Positions 38,599 through 46,584 of a stretch of DNA of 64,000 nucleotides are shown here, one piece after another; the first letter of the stretch is position 1; the number at the start of each line of letters is the position of its first letter. The position numbers and the translations under genes were made by a program. The DNA lies in NCBI GenBank assembly GCA_036677065.1, contig JAKFBS010000002.1, positions 224,001 to 288,000 of the forward strand, written 5' to 3'. Under the pieces are notes generated by a model, which did no database searches, had not been told where the DNA came from, and worked only from the letters and a program-made list of their open reading frames with translations. Source of the DNA: Bdellovibrio sp. (GTDB lineage: Bacteria > Bdellovibrionota > Bdellovibrionia > Bdellovibrionales > Bdellovibrionaceae).

Positions 38599-41500
38599 GT
38601 GAACCGAACTGCTGGACGTGCACTGTCTCATTTTGCGACTATTATTTTTCTGCTATTTTGCAGCCTGTTTACTTTTGCTGGCCCAGCAAGAACGACTTAT
38701 CAAGCAAAAATTATTAAACCAGATGGCTATCCGCTTGAAGCAGCTAGTGTGAATTTTAAATTCACTATTTTAGATCCGGCGGGTGCGTGTATTTTATATT
38801 CTGAAACTTACTCTTCGGTAAATATGAATTCTACGGGTGGGTTAATTTCTTTTTCATTAGGATCGGGTGTGAAAACCTATCCTGTTTCTAGTCCAACTTT
38901 TGAAGATGTGTTTTCAAATATTTCACCAAGCCTTTCTTGTGATGTTGGTGGTCCTGTGAGTTATTCGCCGTTAGCTACTGATACCAGAAAAATAGTGATG
39001 CAGTTTCATGATGGCAGCGGCTGGCAAACATTGCCTGCAATGAATATCAATGCTGTGCCTTACGCGATGTTTGCAAACGAAGCTTTAACATTAAACGGCA
39101 AAGCTGATTCTGCTTTTGTTGAAGTGGCTAATATTCCCACGTGTTTATCAACTGAAGCGCTTCGCTATAACGGCACAAGCTTTTCGTGCATAACTACATC
39201 CGAAGTTTCAGCAGCGGCTGTAGTGGCTGCCCTTGGGTATACGCCAGCCACCGGCGCAAGTGTTACAGCACTTACATCTTCGTTATCGACAACAGATTCA
39301 TTGTTGTCGCAAGTGTCAGCAACGGTGTTTTCGGTTTCTTCGACAGTATCTTCGTTAGCAAGTTCTGTTTCAGCTCTGACTTCATCACAATGGTTAAGTT
39401 CAGGAACTTCGATCAGCTATGGTGCCGGAAATGTTGGTGTTGGCACCAGTTCGCCAACCAGCCTGTTGCATCTCTATTCTGAATCAGCTGTTTTTCAGCA
39501 GTTATTAATCGATGCAGCTAGAAATAGCGCTGGTTCTTACGGTTTAGTTTTTCAAAAATCGCGTGGTAATACTTCGCTGAGAACACCTTCTTTAAATGGA
39601 GACCGACTTGGAGAGTTAATTTTTCAGGGCTATACAGATGGTTCTTATCCTGGTGAATCAGCAAAAATTCGCGTGACAGCTGCAGAGGCTGCAAGTGCTA
39701 CGGGTGTTGGTGGTCGCATACAATTTATGACGACAGCCGTTGGCGCCTCGGCACCAGTTGAAAGAGTGCGGTTTGAATCTGATGGCCATGTCGGCATAGG
39801 CACAACAACCCCTGTTACTAATTTAGATGTTTCAGGTGGTGTTCGCATCAGTATGGAGCCAGCAGCCTGTGCGGTAAGCTTTGCCGGAACTTTACGTTAT
39901 AATTCAGGGCTTGTAGAATACTGTAATGGAACAGCATGGTCTGCATTTGGTGTGGCGGGGGCAGGTATCACTTTGTTCAATGGCTCGGCATCGGGAACAC
40001 AAAGTTTTGTGACAGGAATTTCTGGAACAAATTTTAATATTAGTTCTGTGAATGGCGTTCATAGTTTTAATATTCCGTTAGCTTCATCAGCAGCGGTGAC
40101 TGCGGGTTTATTGTCAAATGCAGATTATGTGACCTTCAATAGTAAAGTCAGTGCAACTTCGGCTTCAGTGATTACAGCGTTAGGTTACACTCCTGCAAGT
40201 GCGGCAACAGTTGCAACTTTATCCACAAATACGGCGGCTAGCTTTTCTGCCATAACTTCTTCACAGTGGGTAACATCTGGTTCAGAGATTCATTATAATT
40301 CAGGCTATGTAGGAATTGGTGTTTCAGCAGCGCTTTCGCGCCTGACAGTGGCAAACATTACGCCCGATACGCCCATCGTCGCAGAAGGTGCGAATTCGAT
40401 TTCAATTTTTGGTGATGGACACACTTACTTTCAAGGTCGTGATGTCACAAACGGTGTTGAATTCGTTATGGGCACAAGCACTGCAGCCGGTGAAGTTTTT
40501 GCTGGCAGTATGTCGGATCATAGTTTTACTTTACGTACTGGTAATAATCGCCGCATGGTATTTACAGCCAGTGGCGCAATCGGCGTTGGAATCACTTCTC
40601 CGACAGCTAAACTTCATATTGGCGCAGGCAGCAGCACGCTGCCGTCTTTAAAACTGACTTCAAGTACATTAGTGCCTTCGCCGCAGGCGGGTAGCATAGA
40701 GTATGATGGTTTTAATTTTTTTATTACTGATGGATCCGACACTCGTCGAGCCATTGCTTCGGATGATAATGCAAACTTTACCGCAGGTCATATCGTAGCT
40801 TCTGGCAGCTTAAATTTAACTAACAGTGCCAATTTATATTTAACAGCCACAGCTTCAGATGTTGGCGATATTATTTTTCAAGAAGCCAGTGGCACACAAA
40901 AAGGTCGTATCTGGTCAAATCCTTCAGCTGTCGGGTTATTTTTAAGCTCGGGAGATACCACTCCTGATATTACGATTAATGCGGCAGGAAATGTTGGTAT
41001 TGGCACGCAGACTCCGACTGAAAAATTAGAAGTCAGTGGCGCTATTAAAGTTCCGGGTGTTGGTCAGATTGGTCCAGCGGGTGGTTTTGGATACGCCATG
41101 TATACAACAGGCACAAATAATTTTATTGGTCAGATGTATGGTGCGGCCAGTGGCATTCAATTCACCAACAGTGTTGGCTCGAACACATTTTTTATCAGCG
41201 AAAACGGTCGGACGGGACTTGGAACAAGTTCTCCAGCGGCACTTTTAAATCTTGTGGGCACAGATGCGTATAATAATTTACTTATCGATTCACCAAATTA
41301 TTCAGCGCTGACGGCGCGTGGCGGGGCCACATCTGGTTGGCCACTGGTGCAGTTAAGTCACCAAGGGGTTGGTGGAAAAAGCTGGAATATCGAAGCTGGC
41401 CGCCACTCAGCAAATAGTTTTGGAATTTATGATACAGCTTCAGGAGTAACACGTTTTTCTATTTCTTCAGTCGGAAATATCGGTATCGGCACAGTGGCGC

Positions 41501-42849
41501 CGACAAATACTTTAGATGTTGTCGGGTTTGGGTTAAATGTAACACGCGATCAAACTTTTGGTACGGTAGCCACTTTTAAAAAAGCTTACACGGCAACGTT
41601 TAATGAAGATCCGTACGTTCAGTTTCTGCATCAAACCGCATCGGGTGGAGCCTTTGGGCGCTATGGGTATATTCAATCAGGACAAAGTCATAGCGGTATG
41701 ACGGTGCAAGCCGAAGATGGTTCAGGTACTCCTGCAAATTTAATGTTAAATAAATCGGGTGGCAGCGTTGGTGTTGGTACGTCTTCTGCCGCAAGTATGA
41801 CGGCCAGATTCAACGTTGTTGGTTCATCTGGCGGAGAAGTTGCGCAGTACATTCATAATACAAATCCTGCAGGTTATTCTGTTATTCGCATGAATAACAA
41901 CTGGGGAGGCTTTGCCAGCGGAACAGCTCTGCATAGTTTTGGCCCTGGTTATGGCTCTGCGGGTTCTGCCTATTCACCGTTGACGACAACATTGACTGGT
42001 TTTGAATCAGGTGGTTTAAACCTGCACGCTAACGTTGGACCGATTCGTTTTTTCACCGGCGGAAATGATGCTGTAAACCAACAAATGCATTTAACTGCTG
42101 CAGGAAATTTTGGTATTGGTACAAGTTCGCCAACGGCGCGTTTAAATATCGGTGGTCTTGGCGCAGCCAATGCCACAGCTCTTCGTATCGATTCGCAAGA
42201 TACTTATTACCGCGATATTTTTATGAGTGAATTTAATACGACAACATATGGTGGTATTTTACGTTACAATTCGGGTTCTGATTTGTTGCAATTAATTACT
42301 TTAGAAAACAGTGTTGAAAAATATGGTATCGCCGTTGCGCGCGCCACTGGCTTTGTCGGTGTTGGCAGAAATTCAGCAGCTGCATATCAACTGGATGTGA
42401 GTGGAAGTGTTCGTATCAGCGGCGAAGCCTTTCGCGATGACGGGGTGGCAACGTGGGCAATGACCTCAGATGCGCGGTTAAAAGATGTGGTGTCTGGTTA
42501 TGATCGCGGTTTAAATGAAATTTTAAACATCGATACTATTGTTTTTAAATATAAAAAAGATAATCCTAAAAAATTAAATTCAGAGAAGGAATTTCCGGGA
42601 GTGCTGGCGCAACAAGTGCAAAAAGTTATTCCTGAAGCTGTAGATACAGATAAGGATGGATTTTTATCTTTGAATACGACTCCAATCATTTGGGCGATGT
42701 TAAATGCGATTAAAGACGTATATCATGAAGTGACGGGTGTTCAGCGTGAAATAGCTTCGCTAAAAGAAGAAAATATAGCAAAAGAGCAAGAGATCAAAGA
42801 ATTAAAAGAACGTTTAGACCGTATTGAAAAATCATTACAAAATAAATAA
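38599..42849 (+). CDS. Second trimeric fibre adhesin with S74 chaperone (MAT-like paralogue)
   Basis: Head domain and S74 domain (SDARLK at 42466) closely match 32790-37781; GNVGIG repeats. Confidence 0.88.
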   Translation: MNRTAGRALSHFATIIFLLFCSLFTFAGPARTTYQAKIIKPDGYPLEAASVNFKFTILDPAGACILYSETYSSVNMNSTGGLISFSLGSGVKTYPVSSPTFEDVFSNISPSLSCDVGGPVSYSPLATDTRKIVMQFHDGSGWQTLPAMNINAVPYAMFANEALTLNGKADSAFVEVANIPTCLSTEALRYNGTSFSCITTSEVSAAAVVAALGYTPATGASVTALTSSLSTTDSLLSQVSATVFSVSSTVSSLASSVSALTSSQWLSSGTSISYGAGNVGVGTSSPTSLLHLYSESAVFQQLLIDAARNSAGSYGLVFQKSRGNTSLRTPSLNGDRLGELIFQGYTDGSYPGESAKIRVTAAEAASATGVGGRIQFMTTAVGASAPVERVRFESDGHVGIGTTTPVTNLDVSGGVRISMEPAACAVSFAGTLRYNSGLVEYCNGTAWSAFGVAGAGITLFNGSASGTQSFVTGISGTNFNISSVNGVHSFNIPLASSAAVTAGLLSNADYVTFNSKVSATSASVITALGYTPASAATVATLSTNTAASFSAITSSQWVTSGSEIHYNSGYVGIGVSAALSRLTVANITPDTPIVAEGANSISIFGDGHTYFQGRDVTNGVEFVMGTSTAAGEVFAGSMSDHSFTLRTGNNRRMVFTASGAIGVGITSPTAKLHIGAGSSTLPSLKLTSSTLVPSPQAGSIEYDGFNFFITDGSDTRRAIASDDNANFTAGHIVASGSLNLTNSANLYLTATASDVGDIIFQEASGTQKGRIWSNPSAVGLFLSSGDTTPDITINAAGNVGIGTQTPTEKLEVSGAIKVPGVGQIGPAGGFGYAMYTTGTNNFIGQMYGAASGIQFTNSVGSNTFFISENGRTGLGTSSPAALLNLVGTDAYNNLLIDSPNYSALTARGGATSGWPLVQLSHQGVGGKSWNIEAGRHSANSFGIYDTASGVTRFSISSVGNIGIGTVAPTNTLDVVGFGLNVTRDQTFGTVATFKKAYTATFNEDPYVQFLHQTASGGAFGRYGYIQSGQSHSGMTVQAEDGSGTPANLMLNKSGGSVGVGTSSAASMTARFNVVGSSGGEVAQYIHNTNPAGYSVIRMNNNWGGFASGTALHSFGPGYGSAGSAYSPLTTTLTGFESGGLNLHANVGPIRFFTGGNDAVNQQMHLTAAGNFGIGTSSPTARLNIGGLGAANATALRIDSQDTYYRDIFMSEFNTTTYGGILRYNSGSDLLQLITLENSVEKYGIAVARATGFVGVGRNSAAAYQLDVSGSVRISGEAFRDDGVATWAMTSDARLKDVVSGYDRGLNEILNIDTIVFKYKKDNPKKLNSEKEFPGVLAQQVQKVIPEAVDTDKDGFLSLNTTPIIWAMLNAIKDVYHEVTGVQREIASLKEENIAKEQEIKELKERLDRIEKSLQNK

Positions 42850-42851
42850 AA

Positions 42852-43256
42852 CTATTCGCACTCGATGAAATTTGTGACTTCGCCATCACTCCAGGCCATC
42901 GTGCGTTTAAGTTCGGTCACGTCATAGTTGTAGGTCACCCTTTTGATAAAAATAATTGCAAGCATTCCCACTTTAAGAGTTAAAATATTATCACTCGTGA
43001 TGCTCCATTGAAAAGTTTCTGGGTTGGTTTGTTGATTTGGCTTTGTGGCTGTAGCGGTGAGATCTTTGTTAAATTGCCATTTATACTCAGTAGCCCCAGT
43101 TGTTGTATTTCGTTGGCACCAGCTATTGGCTACAAGGTTATTAACCGCAAGTTCATTAACCTGAGATCTGGGTTCGGTTCTTAGAGTGTTGGCTTCTGGG
43201 GCGCAAGCCATTAAAAACAGAAAAAATAATAAAATAAAACCTCTTTGTTTTTTCAT
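42852..43256 (-). CDS. Small hypothetical lipoprotein
   Basis: Lipobox LMAC; beta-rich body with Cys pair. Confidence 0.65.
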   Translation of the reverse strand: MKKQRGFILLFFLFLMACAPEANTLRTEPRSQVNELAVNNLVANSWCQRNTTTGATEYKWQFNKDLTATATKPNQQTNPETFQWSITSDNILTLKVGMLAIIFIKRVTYNYDVTELKRTMAWSDGEVTNFIECE

Positions 43257-44062
43257 AATTTCTTTCTTAATGAATAGATTGTTTGCGGAAGAAATTTTAA
43301 CAGGTCACTGGCCATAAAAGATAGCGCATCTTTGTCTTTTATCCAGTGATCAGCCATATGACCATGTAGGCCACAAGCTAACACGCACGCATTCATCGGT
43401 TTTAACCCCTGAGAGAGAAAGCCGGTAATCATTCCAGTTAGAACATCACCTGTGCCAGCCTTTGCTAGCGCTTGGTTTCCAGTTTGAATTTCATAAATGT
43501 TTTGCGCATTGGCAATTAAGGTATGGTGGCCTTTCAATATCACAATGCCGCCGAATTTTTGTTGTGCAAGCTTTACAGCTTTAAGACGATCGGCACGAAT
43601 TTCATCGGCTGTGATTTTTAATAGTTTCGCCATTTCGCCTTCATGGGGAGTCATGATCCAGTTGTCGGGTAGTTGCTTAACCAGTGGTAAGGCGCTGGCA
43701 TCAATGACCACAGATTGTGTAAATGTTTTTTTTATGTGTAAAAACATTTTTTTTATTTCTGGAGTTAGTCTTAGGCCCGGTCCGATCGCGATCGACGAAA
43801 AGGGTTCTAGATTTAAATTCGCTGTCAGTTTCAACGACAAAAAATCTGGATACAAATTAAGATCTTTAGTTCGCGCGGGTAGATAAACGTAACCAGCGCC
43901 AACACGATACGCCGCCAAGCCGCAAAGAAAGCTCGCTCCCCAAAGGCCTTCTGAACCTGCAATAATAAGGCATTTACCACTATCATGTTTATGAGCAAAC
44001 TGAGTTCGTCGTGGTAAAAGAGCGGGCAAATCTTTTTTTGTGATCCGTATTACTGATGCCAT
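43253..44062 (-). CDS. nnrD: ADP-dependent NAD(P)H-hydrate dehydratase, stand-alone
   Basis: HK..SG, AIGPGL, VIDASAL, MTPHEGEM, ILKG and AGTGDVLTG. Confidence 0.9.
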   Translation of the reverse strand: MASVIRITKKDLPALLPRRTQFAHKHDSGKCLIIAGSEGLWGASFLCGLAAYRVGAGYVYLPARTKDLNLYPDFLSLKLTANLNLEPFSSIAIGPGLRLTPEIKKMFLHIKKTFTQSVVIDASALPLVKQLPDNWIMTPHEGEMAKLLKITADEIRADRLKAVKLAQQKFGGIVILKGHHTLIANAQNIYEIQTGNQALAKAGTGDVLTGMITGFLSQGLKPMNACVLACGLHGHMADHWIKDKDALSFMASDLLKFLPQTIYSLRKKL

Positions 44063-44109
44063 CTAACGTAAAGCATTGCAGATTAAGTGCCATATGCTAC
44101 CAATTATAT

Positions 44110-44526
44110 ATGTCGAATCAGCTTTTTCTTAAAACTGCGTTGTTAATCGCTTTCATTGCCACCGCGGGAAGTTTGTTTTTTAGTGAAGTCATGAGTCTTC
44201 CGCCCTGCGTTTTGTGCTGGTATCAGCGCATTATGATGTATCCATTGATTTTAATTTTCGGTGTGGGACTTTTTCGTAATGCGAAAGAGTCATTTATCTA
44301 CGGTCTGGCTTTAAGTTGTACAGGTTTAGTGATCGCGATTTATCATAATCTTTTATATTATCATCTGATTCCTGAAAGCATTACTCCCTGTACTTCTGGG
44401 GTATCTTGCACTTCGCGACAAATCGAATGGCTTGGTTTTATCACGATTCCAATGTTGTCACTGATCGCATTTATCTTAATTACAGTTATAGGGTTTCAAG
44501 TTTTAAAGAATAAGGAAAATAAATAA
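44110..44526 (+). CDS. Disulfide bond formation protein, DsbB/BdbC-like
   Basis: ATAGSLFFSE..PCVLCWYQRI.MYP, second Cys pair, GFITIP; start ATG 44110. Confidence 0.88.
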   Translation: MSNQLFLKTALLIAFIATAGSLFFSEVMSLPPCVLCWYQRIMMYPLILIFGVGLFRNAKESFIYGLALSCTGLVIAIYHNLLYYHLIPESITPCTSGVSCTSRQIEWLGFITIPMLSLIAFILITVIGFQVLKNKENK

Positions 44527-45158
44527 TGAAAAAGAATATTGCTTTTTTAGTTGCAGTTATTGCGGTTGTTGCAGGAATTTTTGCATTCATGCGTTCACAG
44601 TACCGCGAACAAAAACAAGATGTCGTAAATACACAAGCTTCAGAGCATTTGCTTCGTGATAATCATCCATCAATCGGCGATCCGGCAGCCAAAGTAACAC
44701 TTATTGAATTTCTTGACCCAGAATGCGAAGCCTGCGCCGCTGTTGATCCGACAATAAAAGGTTTAGTTAAAGAATTCGACGGTAAAGTTTATTACGTTGT
44801 TCGCTATATGCCACTGCATAAAAATTCAATGTTAGCCGCAGCAGCTCTTGAAGAAACCAGAGCCTCAGGAAAATACTTTCAAGCACTTTCAACGTTATTT
44901 TATGCTCAGCCGCAATGGGCCTCGCACCATGATCCCAAACCTGAGCTGATCGCGGTGATTTTAAAAAAATTAGATATTGATATTATGGATATTAAACCCA
45001 GTGACCTGATCGAAAAACATCGCGCCCATATTGAGCGCGACCAAGCTGATGGTAAGGCATTGGGAGTGATGGGAACACCGACTTTATTTATCAACGGCCA
45101 GATCGTTGATGATATGAGCTATCAGGGTTTAAAAACGCGCATCCAAGGTTTACTGTAG
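44526..45158 (+). CDS. DsbA/BdbD-like thioredoxin-fold oxidoreductase
   Basis: N-terminal TM; EFLDPECEAC; GVMGTPTLFING. Confidence 0.88.
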   Translation: MKKNIAFLVAVIAVVAGIFAFMRSQYREQKQDVVNTQASEHLLRDNHPSIGDPAAKVTLIEFLDPECEACAAVDPTIKGLVKEFDGKVYYVVRYMPLHKNSMLAAAALEETRASGKYFQALSTLFYAQPQWASHHDPKPELIAVILKKLDIDIMDIKPSDLIEKHRAHIERDQADGKALGVMGTPTLFINGQIVDDMSYQGLKTRIQGLL

Positions 45159-46004
45159 ATGCCTGAACTTCCCGAGGTTGAGATCGTCGTCCGTAATTTA
45201 AATGATATTGTGATCGGTAAAAAGCTGATCGCCACCAAGCTTTGGCGTAAAGATATTCGTTATCCATTACCGGATAAGATTTTTCAAAAGGTGATAGAGG
45301 GTAAGAATAAACTTCTGAACATCCATCGCCGGGCGAAGTTTATCGTTATAGAGTTTGCCGATTATTTAATCATCTCGCATCTTGGGATGACAGGTAGCTG
45401 GAACACCCATAAGGGCATGTTGTCCCAGTATTCCCCCAAAAAACATGATCATTTAGCCTTTGGTTTTTCAGATAAGAAGCACAAAGAGTTGTGGCTTATA
45501 TACAACGATCCACGCCGTTTTGGTTTCGTGCACGCTATTCGCAAACAAGACTTAGCCACGTATTTTTCAGATTACGGGGTTGAGCCGCTCGAGATGACCG
45601 AGACCCAAATCGAAGATTTATATAAGATAGCTAAGCATTCAAAATCCCCAGTGAAATCGTTTATTATGAACCAAAAAAATGTCGTCGGCGTTGGCAATAT
45701 TTACGCCTGCGAAGCCTTGTTTTTAGCCGAAATAAACCCTTTTAAGATTTCTTCAAAGGTCAAAAAAGAATCATTTTTAAAACTGATTGCCGCGATTAAG
45801 AAAAACCTTAAACAAGCCATTTCAAAAGGCGGATCGAGTATTAAAAACTACAGAAACGTGAATGAAGAAGAAGGTAGTTTTCAAAAATCGCATTTGGTTT
45901 ATGGTAAAGAAAAGCAGAAGTGCAGTCGCTGCAAAACCGGAATCATTCAGCGAAAAATTCAAGCGGGTCGTTCAACTTTTTTTTGTAGTGCTTGCCAAAG
46001 GTAG
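45159..46004 (+). CDS. mutM: Formamidopyrimidine-DNA glycosylase
   Basis: MPELPEVE, HLGMTG, DPRRFG, GVGNIY and C-terminal zinc finger. Confidence 0.96.
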   Translation: MPELPEVEIVVRNLNDIVIGKKLIATKLWRKDIRYPLPDKIFQKVIEGKNKLLNIHRRAKFIVIEFADYLIISHLGMTGSWNTHKGMLSQYSPKKHDHLAFGFSDKKHKELWLIYNDPRRFGFVHAIRKQDLATYFSDYGVEPLEMTETQIEDLYKIAKHSKSPVKSFIMNQKNVVGVGNIYACEALFLAEINPFKISSKVKKESFLKLIAAIKKNLKQAISKGGSSIKNYRNVNEEEGSFQKSHLVYGKEKQKCSRCKTGIIQRKIQAGRSTFFCSACQR

Positions 46005-46078
46005 GTAATTATGAGTATTTTTATTGAACACAAATTTTATAACAATAACCTTTACAGGTTTTAACAAAAGGACTTTTC

Positions 46079-46303
46079 ATGAAAGCATTAGTAGTAACAG
46101 CTTTATTAGCATTATCATTCACAACAGGTTTTACTTGTTCTAAAAACGCTCCAGAAGCAGCAGCTCCAACTGAAGCAACTCAACCTACAGCTGAAGCTAC
46201 TCCAGCAGCTCCAACTGAAGGTACTGTAGCTCCAACTGAAGGCGCAGCAGCAACTACAGCTCCTACAGAAACTCCAGCAGCAGCTCCAACTGAAACTAAG
46301 TAA
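46079..46303 (+). CDS. Small exported Ala/Pro/Thr/Glu-rich protein, possible lipoprotein
   Basis: Signal peptide then GFTCSK; APTE repeats; AAGGA RBS; own terminator. Confidence 0.8.
   Translation: MKALVVTALLALSFTTGFTCSKNAPEAAAPTEATQPTAEATPAAPTEGTVAPTEGAAATTAPTETPAAAPTETK
46163..46294 (+). repeat. Four exact copies of GCTCCAACTGAA (APTE)
   Basis: Copies at 46163, 46208, 46229 and 46283, plus a synonymous variant at 46259. Confidence 0.85.
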
Positions 46304-46335
46304 TTAGTTTTTTTAGCGAGATAAAGCTAGATCTG

Positions 46336-46364
46336 AAAAGCCAGTCACACGACTGGCTTTTTTT
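46336..46364 (+). terminator. Intrinsic terminator
   Basis: AAAAGCCAGTC-ACAC-GACTGGC-T7. Confidence 0.88.
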
Positions 46365-46556
46365 ATTTCCTCTCTCAGAGAATCCCATTTTCTATGTAGT
46401 TCTCTACAAAACTTGTTTAGTTTGTAGAGTTTTAACTCGACCATCCCGATACAATGCACGCCACCTTATCAACGCTGTTTAAAGCAACCTCTGTAACATA
46501 GGTTTTTTGCTCTAGAGAAACCCCCTTGTCAGACGTAATAGAAGGTGCTGAAATAA

Positions 46557-46572
46557 ATGTATATTTATACAT
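46557..46572. promoter_or_regulatory. Candidate operator upstream of fadE
   Basis: Perfect ATGTATA-TT-TATACAT immediately before the AAGGAG RBS. Confidence 0.5.
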
Positions 46573-46584
46573 CAAGGAGTTTTC

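Noticed and set aside
33375..40758. Diversity-generating retroelement template/variable repeat pair
   Set aside because: No reverse transcriptase in the window; repeat differences are mostly synonymous and not adenine-specific
32790..42849. Prophage or tailocin suggested by tail-fibre/S74 domains
   Set aside because: Both proteins have Sec signal peptides, and no capsid, tail tube, baseplate, lysis or integrase genes are nearby
44526..46004. In-frame TAG read-through fusing the DsbA-like gene to mutM
   Set aside because: MutM needs a free N-terminal Pro and is cytoplasmic, while the DsbA-like protein is exported; tight packing suffices
46163..46294. CRISPR-like repeat array
   Set aside because: 12-bp in-frame coding repeats with irregular short spacing and no cas genes
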